From NCBI GenBank assembly GCA_030655145.1, contig JAURWD010000291.1, positions 1,181 through 65,180 on the forward strand: DNA of 64,000 nucleotides. Direction: 5' to 3'. Of the stretch, positions 38,051-47,818 are shown piece after piece. Origin of the DNA: Ferruginibacter sp. (GTDB taxonomy: Bacteria > Bacteroidota > Bacteroidia > Chitinophagales > Chitinophagaceae). Every line of letters begins with the position of its first letter. The first letter of the stretch is position 1. The notes beneath the pieces are model-generated. The model ran no database searches and was not told where the DNA came from. It worked only from the letters and a program-made list of their open reading frames with translations. Position numbers and translations under genes: made by a program.

Positions 38051-40834
38051 ATGTTCGACTTATCTAAACAGATCGCTTTGAAAAACATTCTCCTCTTATT
38101 TGCGCTGTGTATCTCCTCCGCTTATTTGGCCGCCCAGGAAACAGTCATTCAATATTTATCCGGCACTGACAAAGACCATACTGTGCCCTGGGAATTTAAT
38201 TGCACCAAGGGAAGAAACAGCGGGAAATGGACCACCATCGCGGTGCCGTCAAACTGGGAACAACAAGGTTTTGGCGGTTATAGTTACGGTCATGATAAAG
38301 TAAAAACAGAAGAAGAAGGTTTGTACAGGCACAACTTTACAATCGATCAACGCTGGTCCCAAAAGAAAGTCTTCATCGTTTTCGAAGGTTCGATGACCGA
38401 CACCGAAGTAAAGATCAACGGTCAGCAGGTGGGGCCAGTTCACCAGGGAGGTTTTTATCGCTTTAAATATGACATCAGTTCATTTTTAAAATACGGCGCC
38501 CGCAATTTGCTTGAGGTGAAGGTGAGCAAACAATCCACCAATGCCTCCATCAACAGGGCCGAACGTGGTGGCGACTTCTGGGCACTCGGCGGAATATTTC
38601 GCCCGGTGTATCTTGAACTGTTACCGGAGACCTTCATTGACCGGGTAGCCATCAACGCGACCGCCGATGGGATGTTGAAATTGCATGTGTTTGCCGGCAA
38701 TGCACGGAAGGGAGATATGGTTTCGGCACAATTGCAAACATTGGCTGGTAAAAATATTGAAGGGTCGTTCGGTTTGCCGCTTAATACCACTGGCCCGGAA
38801 ACCCGGCTCCAACGGAAGTTCAACAAACCAGCGCTCTGGAACCCGGAGACGCCGAATCTTTACCAGCTAAAAATTACCATTCAAAATGGAGCGAACCAGG
38901 TGCACACAGGGACACAGCGTTTGGGTTTCCGCACGGCGGAATTAAGATTGAATGACGGCTTTTATGTGAACGGAACGCGGGTGATTTTCAAAGGAGTAAA
39001 TCGCCATAGCTCCTGGCCACTGACGGGCAGAACGCTGAGCAAAGCCATCAGCATCCAGGATGTACAATTAATGAAGGAGATGAACATGAATGCCGTGCGT
39101 ATGTCACATTACCCGCCCGATCAACATTTTTTAGACGTTTGCGATTCCCTGGGCTTATTTGTGTTAGACGAGCTTACCGGGTGGCAAGCTGCTTATGATA
39201 CAGTTGCCGGGCGTCCGCTGGTAAAAGAACTGGTGATTCGCGACGTAAATCATCCGTCGGTGGTGATGTGGGCCAATGGAAACGAGGGTGGCTGGAACCG
39301 TGCGCTCGACAATGATTTCAAACTATATGATCCACAGGAGCGCCTTGTATATCATCCCTGGGAAAAGTTCAATGGTACGGATACAAAGCACTATCCTGAT
39401 TTTACTTACGTGGTAAATTCTGCCCTGTACAACAAGGAAGTGTACTTCCCCACCGAGTTTATGCATGGCTTATATGATGGTGGGCATGGTGCTGGGCTGG
39501 ATGATTTCTGGAACGGGATCCTGGCGCATCCGCATGGTACCGGCGGTTTCCTCTGGTCGTTTAGCGATGAAGGTGTTGTGCGCATGGATAAAGACAGCAT
39601 CATCGATACCGATGGCAACCATGCACCTGATGGAATCGTTGGTCCGTACCGCGAAAAAGAGGCAAGTTTTTATACCATCAAGGAAATTTGGTCACCGGTT
39701 CATGTGAAGCAACAATTTATTTCCCCGGGTTTCAACGGCCAGCTCGACATCGAAAACAGGTATCTCTACACCAACCTTGACCAGTGCAAATTCCAGTGGC
39801 GGTTGACGCGGCTAGCCTTACCCGGCGCACCCGATATCAAACCCGTGAGCAACATAACAGGAACGCCCCCACGCTTCTCGCTTGCTCCGGGCGAAACAGG
39901 AAAGCTGGCGCTTGGTCTTCCTGCCGGCTGGCAGGATTATGATGTATTATATGTAACCGCCTACGATCGCACTAACAAAGAATTATTTACCTGGAGTTGG
40001 CCGCTTGACCAACAAAGAAAAGTTGCTCGTTTTTTTCCTGTTGCTCAAAAAGCTGCCGGGGAAGTAACGGCTATGGCTGACGGAACCCAGCTGATCGTTA
40101 CAACCGGCAACCTGCAGTATTATTTTGATACCATTTCCGGCATGTTGTCAAAGGTGATGAAAGGGAACACAACGATCTCCTTATCAAAAGGTCCGCTTGT
40201 TAATGGCATCAAGTACAATTTAAAAGCGTTTAAGCATTACCGCCAAGGGCCGGAATATGTTGTTGAACCGGTGTATGAAGGAGAATCTTTCGTTGCCATT
40301 CGCTGGACATTCACGGCCGGCCGACCTGCGCGCCTTGACTACAGTTATAATAAGCGGGGAGAGGCGCCCGTGTTAGGCCTCAGTTTTAATTACCCCGAAG
40401 AAAAAATTACCGGCATGAAATGGCTTGGCCGAGGGCCTTACCGCGTCTGGAAGAATCGCCTCAAAGGACAACAATTTGGCGTGTGGCAAAAAGCTTACAA
40501 TAACACCATTACCGGCGAGAGCTGGAAATACCCTGAGTTTAAAGGCTTCCACGCGGATATGCGTTGGGTTGTCGTTGAAAATAAAGAAGCTGCTTTCACG
40601 GTGTTTTTTGAAGGAGCTGCTTTTCTCCAAATGTTGAAACCGGCAAGACCGGTAGGGTCAGTGAATGATAACACGGACCCTCCCTATGCGGAAGGAAATC
40701 TTGGATTTCTTGACGCGATCAGCCCGATCGGAACAAAGTTCCAGGCAGCCAATAAACTAGGTCCGCAAAGCCAGTTAAACATGCAATTAAATTATGGTGC
40801 CATTAAGGGAACGCTGTGGTTTGATTTCAGGTAG
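38051..40834 (+). CDS. GH2 glycoside hydrolase (LacZ-like, with C-terminal beta-galactosidase small-chain domain)
   Basis: A signal peptide is present. GH2 motifs are visible (NAVRMSHYPP and VVMWANGNEGG). The C-terminal domain-5-like region is WLGRGPYRVWKNR. Confidence 0.9.
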   Translation: MFDLSKQIALKNILLLFALCISSAYLAAQETVIQYLSGTDKDHTVPWEFNCTKGRNSGKWTTIAVPSNWEQQGFGGYSYGHDKVKTEEEGLYRHNFTIDQRWSQKKVFIVFEGSMTDTEVKINGQQVGPVHQGGFYRFKYDISSFLKYGARNLLEVKVSKQSTNASINRAERGGDFWALGGIFRPVYLELLPETFIDRVAINATADGMLKLHVFAGNARKGDMVSAQLQTLAGKNIEGSFGLPLNTTGPETRLQRKFNKPALWNPETPNLYQLKITIQNGANQVHTGTQRLGFRTAELRLNDGFYVNGTRVIFKGVNRHSSWPLTGRTLSKAISIQDVQLMKEMNMNAVRMSHYPPDQHFLDVCDSLGLFVLDELTGWQAAYDTVAGRPLVKELVIRDVNHPSVVMWANGNEGGWNRALDNDFKLYDPQERLVYHPWEKFNGTDTKHYPDFTYVVNSALYNKEVYFPTEFMHGLYDGGHGAGLDDFWNGILAHPHGTGGFLWSFSDEGVVRMDKDSIIDTDGNHAPDGIVGPYREKEASFYTIKEIWSPVHVKQQFISPGFNGQLDIENRYLYTNLDQCKFQWRLTRLALPGAPDIKPVSNITGTPPRFSLAPGETGKLALGLPAGWQDYDVLYVTAYDRTNKELFTWSWPLDQQRKVARFFPVAQKAAGEVTAMADGTQLIVTTGNLQYYFDTISGMLSKVMKGNTTISLSKGPLVNGIKYNLKAFKHYRQGPEYVVEPVYEGESFVAIRWTFTAGRPARLDYSYNKRGEAPVLGLSFNYPEEKITGMKWLGRGPYRVWKNRLKGQQFGVWQKAYNNTITGESWKYPEFKGFHADMRWVVVENKEAAFTVFFEGAAFLQMLKPARPVGSVNDNTDPPYAEGNLGFLDAISPIGTKFQAANKLGPQSQLNMQLNYGAIKGTLWFDFR

Positions 40835-40908
40835 CCAGGGGCAATCAATCTTTATCAGTTTTTAATTGCCTGGTGCGGAAACCTGCCGAAGGTTTTTGCC
40901 GGACTGAG

Positions 40909-41628
40909 TTAATCGCCTTCCCACAGCCAGCGGCGGGGCTTTCGCCGGGTCCCCGGTTTTAATTTGAATTTTAGAATGCTGTTTTTCTGGATGTATGCAA
41001 CAGCCTCATCTACGGAATCTGTGAAGAGAAACAGGTTCGTGTCAGTGGCGGATATGGTACCCGCAGCCTTCATCAGGTCGATGTGTTCCACCAGTTGCCG
41101 GTGAAACTCGGTGTCAAAAATTACGATCGGGAACTCCTGTATCATCTTTGTCTGGATCAGCGTAAGGGCTTCGAAATATTCATCCAGCGTTCCAAAACCA
41201 CCTGGCATCACTACGAAAGCGTATGAATATTTGATCAGCAATGTTTTTCGAACGAAGAAATATTTTATGTTCACCCATTTATCGAGGTAGGGGTTGTGAG
41301 CCTGTTCAAACGGTAATACGATATTGCAGCCGACGCTTCTTCCACCCACATCTTTAGCACCTTTGTTAGCGGCCTCCATAATGCCCGGGCCGCCACCCGT
41401 CATGATCGTGAATCCGAGGCCGGCGATCTTGGCTGCAAGCTCTTCGGTTTTTTCGTAGTAAGGATGGCCGTCTTTAAAGCGGGCGGAACCAAAGATGGTC
41501 ACACAAGGACCCACGAAATGCAGCTTGCGGAAACCTTTAATAAATTCAAGCAACACATTTACGGTGAATGTAAACTCCGTCCACCGGTTTTGCGGACCTT
41601 CTAAAAACTTGATCTCTGATTTCGTCAT
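40909..41628 (-). CDS. LOG-family (TIGR00730) protein, long type
   Basis: The Rossmann-like core carries the PGGxGTxxE motif (VVMPGGFGTLDEYFEAL) and GGGPGIMEA. Confidence 0.88.
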   Translation of the reverse strand: MTKSEIKFLEGPQNRWTEFTFTVNVLLEFIKGFRKLHFVGPCVTIFGSARFKDGHPYYEKTEELAAKIAGLGFTIMTGGGPGIMEAANKGAKDVGGRSVGCNIVLPFEQAHNPYLDKWVNIKYFFVRKTLLIKYSYAFVVMPGGFGTLDEYFEALTLIQTKMIQEFPIVIFDTEFHRQLVEHIDLMKAAGTISATDTNLFLFTDSVDEAVAYIQKNSILKFKLKPGTRRKPRRWLWEGD

Positions 41629-41870
41629 GGTAGCAATTTCTCAAATATACACTGTTGTGTAACCACTGGGCTGCGCTTCCCGCATAAAATCAGCACCGCC
41701 GCGCGGCAGCTCGTAAAGTGCATGTTTTTGCCGGGCTGCAATTTTCCAGATAATGGAAATTCCTTCCATTTTCAGGAATGGGCAGCAGTGTTATTTTAAT
41801 TTAACGCATTAGAAATCAGGCTTATCTGATTGTGGCATTGTTATCGTTTAGTAAGGGAAAATGATTTATC

Positions 41871-42299
41871 ATGCGGGTCAGAAAAGATTTTAAAATATTT
41901 GTTGTTGATGGTGACATGTTCTCTCTCAACCTCTACGAACAACACCTGCTCAACCTGGGTTACACGGACGTTTCAACCTTTCACCAGGCTTCTGACTGCC
42001 TCACTGCGCTTACGGATTCTCCCGACATTGTGTTCCTCGATCACAACATTGACGCTGCTGATGGCGTGTCATTTTTACGCAAGATCAAAAGGTTCAACCC
42101 CAACATTTACGTCATCTTTATTGCGGGTCTTGATGAAGTTGAAGCCGTGGTTAGTTCATTAAAGCATGGCGCCTTCGATTTTATCGTCCGCGGCGACAAT
42201 GATGTCAAAACGCTTGATAATGTCATTGGACGGGTTCAGCGCGTTCAGCTCCTCTTAAAAAAAAATAGCACCGGGGTCTTCCAACCCCGGGAAAAGTGA
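41871..42299 (+). CDS. Stand-alone receiver-domain protein
   Basis: It contains a REC fold only (IFVVDGD..., IVFLDHNI). By eye the conserved T/S and K positions look substituted (IFIAG, DFIVRG). Confidence 0.85.
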   Translation: MRVRKDFKIFVVDGDMFSLNLYEQHLLNLGYTDVSTFHQASDCLTALTDSPDIVFLDHNIDAADGVSFLRKIKRFNPNIYVIFIAGLDEVEAVVSSLKHGAFDFIVRGDNDVKTLDNVIGRVQRVQLLLKKNSTGVFQPREK

Positions 42300-42454
42300 T
42301 CTTCCGCCAGGATGATCCGTCATAGTCCAGGTAGTGTTGCCTCCCCGGCAATTCTAGAAAGAAATCCAGAATATGGAACAATCTTTTTAGTGGAATATGC
42401 GTTAGGTAGTTCCGTATGCTGGAATAGCTCAACACCGGCAGCACCCCGATATCT

Positions 42455-43804
42455 ATGGACTCCTATAAAATTTTCATCGTCGAAGATGACCCTTGGTATG
42501 GCGAAATTCTTGAATACCATCTCTCTTTAAACCCCGACTATATTATTACCCGTTTCTCTACGGGAAAGGAATGCCTGGCCAATATGCATAGACAGCCAGA
42601 CCTGATCACCATCGATTTTTCGTTGCCCGATTATACCGGTGACAAACTCTTGCAAAAGATCCGGGAAGTAAACGATGACATCCCCGTGATCGTTATCAGC
42701 GGCCAGGAAGAAATTGCCGTCGCGGTAAAAATGTTGAAAATGGGCGTGCGGGATTATCTCATCAAAGATGAGAATACGAAAGACATTTTGTGGAACGCCG
42801 TGATCAAAGTGCGGGAAACAGGGAATCTTAAAAAGGAAGTCGCCTCCCTGCGGGAAGAACTCTCTCAAAAATTTTCGTTTGATAAAAGCATCAAGGGCCA
42901 AAGTCCGGCATTGAACAATATTTTCCGCCTCATGGAGAAGGCGACCAAAACCAACATTAATGTATCCATCACCGGCGAAACTGGTACGGGTAAAGAAGTA
43001 GTGGCAAAAGGCATCCACTACAACAGCGACCGCAAACGCAAACCTTTTGTGGCCGTCAACATGGCCGCGATTCCCAAAGAACTCATCGAAAGCGAATTAT
43101 TCGGCCACGAGAAAGGAGCCTTTACGGGTGCTGTTGCCCGTAAGGAAGGAAAATTTGAAGAAGCCAATGGCGGAACCATTTTTCTTGATGAGATCGCGGA
43201 AATGGATCTCAGCATGCAAAGCAAGATCCTACGCGTGCTGCAGGAACGTGAGGTTGTGCGGGTAGGGGGAAATGAAAAAGTGAAACTGGATGTTCGCGTG
43301 ATCATCGCTACGCATAAAAATATTAGTGACGAAGTAAAGAAGGGCAATTTCCGGGAAGATCTTTATTACCGCATCATCGGGTTGCCGATCGAATTGCCAC
43401 CCTTACGGGAACGTGGAAACGACGTATTGATCCTGGCTAAACATTTTGCCGATGAGTTTGCGAAGGACAACAAGTTTGGCGTGATCCTTTTGTCGCAGGA
43501 AGCAAAAGAAAAGCTCCTGCGCTATAATTACCCGGGCAATGTCCGCGAGTTAAAAGCGATCATAGAGCTGGCCGTGGTAATGTGTGATGGAAAAGAAATT
43601 TTCGCCGATGATATTTCTTACAATTCAAGCCGTGGTGACGAAGCGTTTACGTCAGAGGAAAAAACATTACGTCAATATACCTGCGACATCATTCGCTATT
43701 ACCTGAAGAAATACGACGAGGATGTCCTGGCCGTTGCCAACAAACTGGACATTGGCAAATCCACGATTTACAAAATGATTCAAACAAAGGAAATTGCCTG
43801 TTAA
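42455..43804 (+). CDS. Sigma-54-dependent response regulator (NtrC family: REC-AAA+-HTH)
   Basis: The REC domain is present (IFIVEDD, ITIDFSLPD, DYLIKD). The AAA+ domain shows Walker A GETGTGKE, the GAFTGA loop and Walker B TIFLDEI. A C-terminal Fis-type HTH follows. Confidence 0.93.
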   Translation: MDSYKIFIVEDDPWYGEILEYHLSLNPDYIITRFSTGKECLANMHRQPDLITIDFSLPDYTGDKLLQKIREVNDDIPVIVISGQEEIAVAVKMLKMGVRDYLIKDENTKDILWNAVIKVRETGNLKKEVASLREELSQKFSFDKSIKGQSPALNNIFRLMEKATKTNINVSITGETGTGKEVVAKGIHYNSDRKRKPFVAVNMAAIPKELIESELFGHEKGAFTGAVARKEGKFEEANGGTIFLDEIAEMDLSMQSKILRVLQEREVVRVGGNEKVKLDVRVIIATHKNISDEVKKGNFREDLYYRIIGLPIELPPLRERGNDVLILAKHFADEFAKDNKFGVILLSQEAKEKLLRYNYPGNVRELKAIIELAVVMCDGKEIFADDISYNSSRGDEAFTSEEKTLRQYTCDIIRYYLKKYDEDVLAVANKLDIGKSTIYKMIQTKEIAC

Positions 43805-43874
43805 GCTGCATCATAGGATGCATGCTCACCAGTCTTTTAAATAGCTAAGTACGAGAGATATAATACTAAGTTGT

Positions 43875-46800
43875 ATGCGGGTTAATAAATTATTACAAAC
43901 ACAAATAAAACGGTACCTGCCTGCAGATCTGCAAAAACAGGAAGCCGTCATTAATTTCATTAATGAGGTCAGTAATACTTACGGCCTCTACCAGGAAGAG
44001 CTAAAGCCGGCTGCGGAAGCGCATGCGCATAAAATGGATAATGCGGAAGTACCTGCCGAGTTCGTACTACCGCCTAGGAATAGCCGCTTTACCAATTCAG
44101 ATCCGGCACATATTGCGTTGATCGAAACTATTAACCAGCGCGCCATTGTACAGGCAGTAGATGAAAGCGAACACATAGCTGAAAGAAAGAAGGCAGAGGC
44201 CGCTTTGAAGAATTCTGAGCAGTTACTCTCCACGGCCGTAAACACGCTGACGCACCTCATTACAAACCTCAATAACGGCATCTTGCTTGAAGACGAGCAT
44301 GGACAGGTGATTCTTGCCAATCAACTATTCTGCGACAACCTCGGCCTTGAGGCCGCGCCGGATGAAATTATCAAACATACCGGGCAGAATTGGGTTGAGC
44401 AAACAAAGCACCTGCTGAAAGATCCTCCAGGCTATATTGATCGCATTGCCACTCTTCTATCAAAAAAGGAACCCGTCACCGGGGAGGAACTTTACCTCGC
44501 AGACGGCAGGATCTTAACACGTGATTTTATTCCCCTGTTCATTGACAAAGAATACAAGGGACATCTTTGGAAATTTGAGGATGTTACCCGCGAAAAAGAA
44601 AACCAGCAGGCGTTACAGCGTCTATCCCTGGTAGCGAGTGCGAATGAAAATGGTGTGGCGTTTAGCGACGACACCGGTATGATCTTGTGGGCCAACGAAG
44701 GATTCTCCAAACTAACAGGCTATTCTTTCGAAGAAATGATCGGCCAAAACGCAGTACATCTTGGAATTGGCCCACTCTCTGACCGGGAGACGATTGCCCG
44801 GATGGCCGACCTCTTCCTTGCGGGAAAAAATTTCTCCCTGGAAGTGATCCATTACCGCAAAGACGGCACCTGGTTCTGGGCAAGAATAACGGGACAATCT
44901 ATACGCTACTGGCGCGAGAACGTTTCGGAGTTTTTTGCCATCATGGAAGACATTACGCAGGAAAAGGAGCAGCAGGAACAACTGCGGGTATTATCGCTGA
45001 TCGCGGAAGAAAACCTGAACGCGGTCATCATTATGGATGCTGACGGCGGCGTAAACTGGGTAAACAAAAGTTTTGTCCGCAATACAGGTTTCAGCCTCGA
45101 AGAAATGAAGGGCAAACAGCCAGGCGAATTACTCTACGGACCAAAAACAGACCCTGAAACCATCAAGTATGTGCGGAGCGCTATTGCCAATGGAAATTCC
45201 TACAATTGTGAAATGCTCACTTATACGAAGGCTGGAAAGCAAGCGTGGTTGCGTATCCAGGGCCAGGCCCTGAAAAATGAGAAGGGTGAACTTACCGGCT
45301 TCTTTGCCCTCGAAGAAGACATCACCAACGAAATAGAAAACAAGTCCAGGATCGAAGAATATGAATCAAGGTTCCGGAAGGCCTTTGAACAAATAGGCGA
45401 CAATGTTTGGGAACACGATTTCAAAAAGAACGTCACTTATTTTTCCAATACCAAGAGTCATTTGCTTGGTTACGAGGTAGAAGATTTTAAAAATAATCCC
45501 GACCTCTGGTTGGATAAAACACATAAAGACGATAAGCAGATCTGGGAAGAGAATTATTCCCGGTACCTAACCGGCGATTTAGATCATCACATTCTCGAGT
45601 ACCGCGTGTTGCATCGCGATGGCTCGGTGCGGTGGGTAATGGATAGGGGCGTAGTGATCGAACGTGACGCTGACGGACTTCCATCTAAAGTGATCGGTAC
45701 ACACACTGATATCACCGAACGCAAACAGGCAGAAGAATTACTGCAGACGAAAGAAGAAAAATATCGCAGCATCATCGCCAATATGAACCTTGGTTTAATG
45801 GAGGTAGATACAGAAGAGAACATCCTGTTTAGTAACCAGAGTTTTTGTGATATGAGTGGTTACGATTATGAAGAACTGATCGGCAAAAGAGCTTCGCATA
45901 TTTTTAGCAAAGGCGAGAATATCGAACTCATGGAAAGTAAGAACGAGGCTCGCAAAAAAAGTGGGTCAGATGCTTACGAGATTGCCGTAAAAGATAAACG
46001 TGGCCAGTTGCGCTGGTGGTTGATGAGTGGTGCAACCCGCTATAATGAATCAGGCGACCTGGTAGGTTCTATTGGGATTTACCTGGATATCACTGAACAG
46101 AAACAATTGGAGATCGATCTCATTGAAGCACGTGAACAAGCCGAGGAATCCACCCGCAGTAAGGAAGTGTTCCTGGCAAATATGAGTCACGAGATCCGTA
46201 CGCCAATGAACGCCATCCTTGGTATGGGACAACAGCTTGCAAAAACGAAGCTCGACAGCAAACAGTTGTTCTACCTGGATACGATCAACTCAGCCTCTGA
46301 GAACCTGTTGGTGATCATCAACGATATACTTGATCTCTCGAAGATCGAAGCAGGAAAATTAAATCTCGAAAGCATCGGCTTCGAACCGAAGGCGGTGATA
46401 AGCCGGGCAATGCAGGTGTTGGTGCATAAGGCGGAAGAAAAAGGGCTTACGATCACCAATTCAAAATTTGACACCAGCCTTTCAGCGGTGCTGATGGGCG
46501 ACCCTTACCGGTTGAACCAGGTATTGCTCAACCTTATTAGCAACGCAATCAAATTTACAGAGAAGGGTGGCGTAGATCTCTCCTGTACGGTGCTGAACGA
46601 AACCTCGCTAACGCAAACAATTTTTGTAGAGGTACAGGATTCCGGCATCGGCATGGATGAACATTTTGTAAAAAACCTCTTTGAGAAATTTTCGCAGGAA
46701 GACCTTTCGGTTACGCGGCAGTATGGTGGTACCGGCCTCGGGATGAGCATCTGTAAAGACCTCATTGAATTGATGGGCGGTGAGATCATCGTGAAAAGCA

Positions 46801-47666
46801 CCAAGGGTGTGGGCACGTCGATTTCTTTCATCGTCGAGTTTGCCAAGGGCAGCCTCGCCGATCTTCCTTCAAAGCAAAATATTTTCATAAACAACGACAT
46901 GCTTGCCAACAAGCGCATCCTCGTTGTGGATGATAATAATATGAACCGGCTGGTGGCTAAAACCATCCTCAACAATTACGGGGCCGTTACTTCAGAAGCC
47001 GTGAACGGTAAAGAGGCGATTGAGCTGTTGATGGAAAAAGAAATTGACCTCGTGCTAATGGACATCCAAATGCCGGTAATGGATGGTATGGAAGCAACGA
47101 AGATCATTCGGCGCGATATCAGTACTACCTTGCCGATGATCGCACTTACTGCTAATGCGATTAAGGGAGATAATGATAAATGCATTGCGGTAGGTATGAA
47201 CGCTTATTTATCGAAGCCATTTAAAGAAGAAGACTTGTTGAAAACCGTAGCTTTTTGTTTGGGTGAAGGCAAGACGAATTTTGTGTTGTCTGTAAAAAAG
47301 GAAGCGGAGCAGATCAGCCAGTTGTACGACCTCGCGGCCATCAGGGCCATTAGTCGGGGTAATGAAGAATTTGTGTTGAAAATGGTGAACATGTTCATAG
47401 AACAGGCGCCGGCGCAGGCTGCTGAAATGGAATTGCATTTTCACCACAGCGATTATAAATCAATGGGAGCGGTAGCACATAAGATCCGCCCGAGCATTGA
47501 TAACATGGGAATTGAGTCTTTGCGGGAGCCGATCCGGGAGATTGAAAAAATTGGTAAGTCGGGTGGAGACATAAATCGTTTACCTGAATTGCTGGATGAA
47601 GTGTCTGCCGGTTTGCGTGAGGTGATCGATGCATTGCAACAGGAAACAGTTGCGATGCTCTCCTAA
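43875..47666 (+). CDS. Hybrid sensor histidine kinase (multiple PAS/PAC, HisKA, HATPase_c, REC, Hpt)
   Basis: The 1263-aa product has at least five PAS/PAC repeats. The H-box is SHEIRTPMNAI and the G-box region GTGLGMSIC. The REC domain shows ILVVDDNNMNR and LMDIQMPVMDG, and the C-terminal Hpt shows AHKIRPS. Confidence 0.93.
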   Translation: MRVNKLLQTQIKRYLPADLQKQEAVINFINEVSNTYGLYQEELKPAAEAHAHKMDNAEVPAEFVLPPRNSRFTNSDPAHIALIETINQRAIVQAVDESEHIAERKKAEAALKNSEQLLSTAVNTLTHLITNLNNGILLEDEHGQVILANQLFCDNLGLEAAPDEIIKHTGQNWVEQTKHLLKDPPGYIDRIATLLSKKEPVTGEELYLADGRILTRDFIPLFIDKEYKGHLWKFEDVTREKENQQALQRLSLVASANENGVAFSDDTGMILWANEGFSKLTGYSFEEMIGQNAVHLGIGPLSDRETIARMADLFLAGKNFSLEVIHYRKDGTWFWARITGQSIRYWRENVSEFFAIMEDITQEKEQQEQLRVLSLIAEENLNAVIIMDADGGVNWVNKSFVRNTGFSLEEMKGKQPGELLYGPKTDPETIKYVRSAIANGNSYNCEMLTYTKAGKQAWLRIQGQALKNEKGELTGFFALEEDITNEIENKSRIEEYESRFRKAFEQIGDNVWEHDFKKNVTYFSNTKSHLLGYEVEDFKNNPDLWLDKTHKDDKQIWEENYSRYLTGDLDHHILEYRVLHRDGSVRWVMDRGVVIERDADGLPSKVIGTHTDITERKQAEELLQTKEEKYRSIIANMNLGLMEVDTEENILFSNQSFCDMSGYDYEELIGKRASHIFSKGENIELMESKNEARKKSGSDAYEIAVKDKRGQLRWWLMSGATRYNESGDLVGSIGIYLDITEQKQLEIDLIEAREQAEESTRSKEVFLANMSHEIRTPMNAILGMGQQLAKTKLDSKQLFYLDTINSASENLLVIINDILDLSKIEAGKLNLESIGFEPKAVISRAMQVLVHKAEEKGLTITNSKFDTSLSAVLMGDPYRLNQVLLNLISNAIKFTEKGGVDLSCTVLNETSLTQTIFVEVQDSGIGMDEHFVKNLFEKFSQEDLSVTRQYGGTGLGMSICKDLIELMGGEIIVKSTKGVGTSISFIVEFAKGSLADLPSKQNIFINNDMLANKRILVVDDNNMNRLVAKTILNNYGAVTSEAVNGKEAIELLMEKEIDLVLMDIQMPVMDGMEATKIIRRDISTTLPMIALTANAIKGDNDKCIAVGMNAYLSKPFKEEDLLKTVAFCLGEGKTNFVLSVKKEAEQISQLYDLAAIRAISRGNEEFVLKMVNMFIEQAPAQAAEMELHFHHSDYKSMGAVAHKIRPSIDNMGIESLREPIREIEKIGKSGGDINRLPELLDEVSAGLREVIDALQQETVAMLS

Positions 47667-47687
47667 AAAATAAGTGCTTAAGAAATT

Positions 47688-47725
47688 ATGCAAATACTCC
47701 CAGGTATTTGCATTTTTGCTTTTGG
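47688..47725 (+). terminator. Intrinsic terminator after the hybrid kinase
   Basis: The 10-bp stem ATGCAAATAC/GTATTTGCAT is followed by TTTTTGCTTTTG. Confidence 0.85.
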
Positions 47726-47818
47726 GACTACTCCATGCACCAACTTAGAGGAAACTTTGGCCGGCATGCAACGCTCCCGGAATTTTGGCTGTCAGCACGT
47801 CGACATAAAATATGCTAC

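Noticed and set aside
41833-41847. I considered a sigma-54 promoter upstream of the REC-only gene (TGGCAT-TGTTA-TCGT).
   Set aside because: The -24 GG is present, but the -12 element reads ATCG rather than TTGC, so there is no GC dinucleotide at the required spacing.
43988-47634. I considered the many 60-160-aa antisense or off-frame ORFs inside the hybrid kinase. Similar ones occur inside purL, glnN, the GH genes and the barrel protein.
   Set aside because: All are fully nested in long ORFs with strong family signatures. Their composition is low-complexity or shadow-like, and none has independent support.
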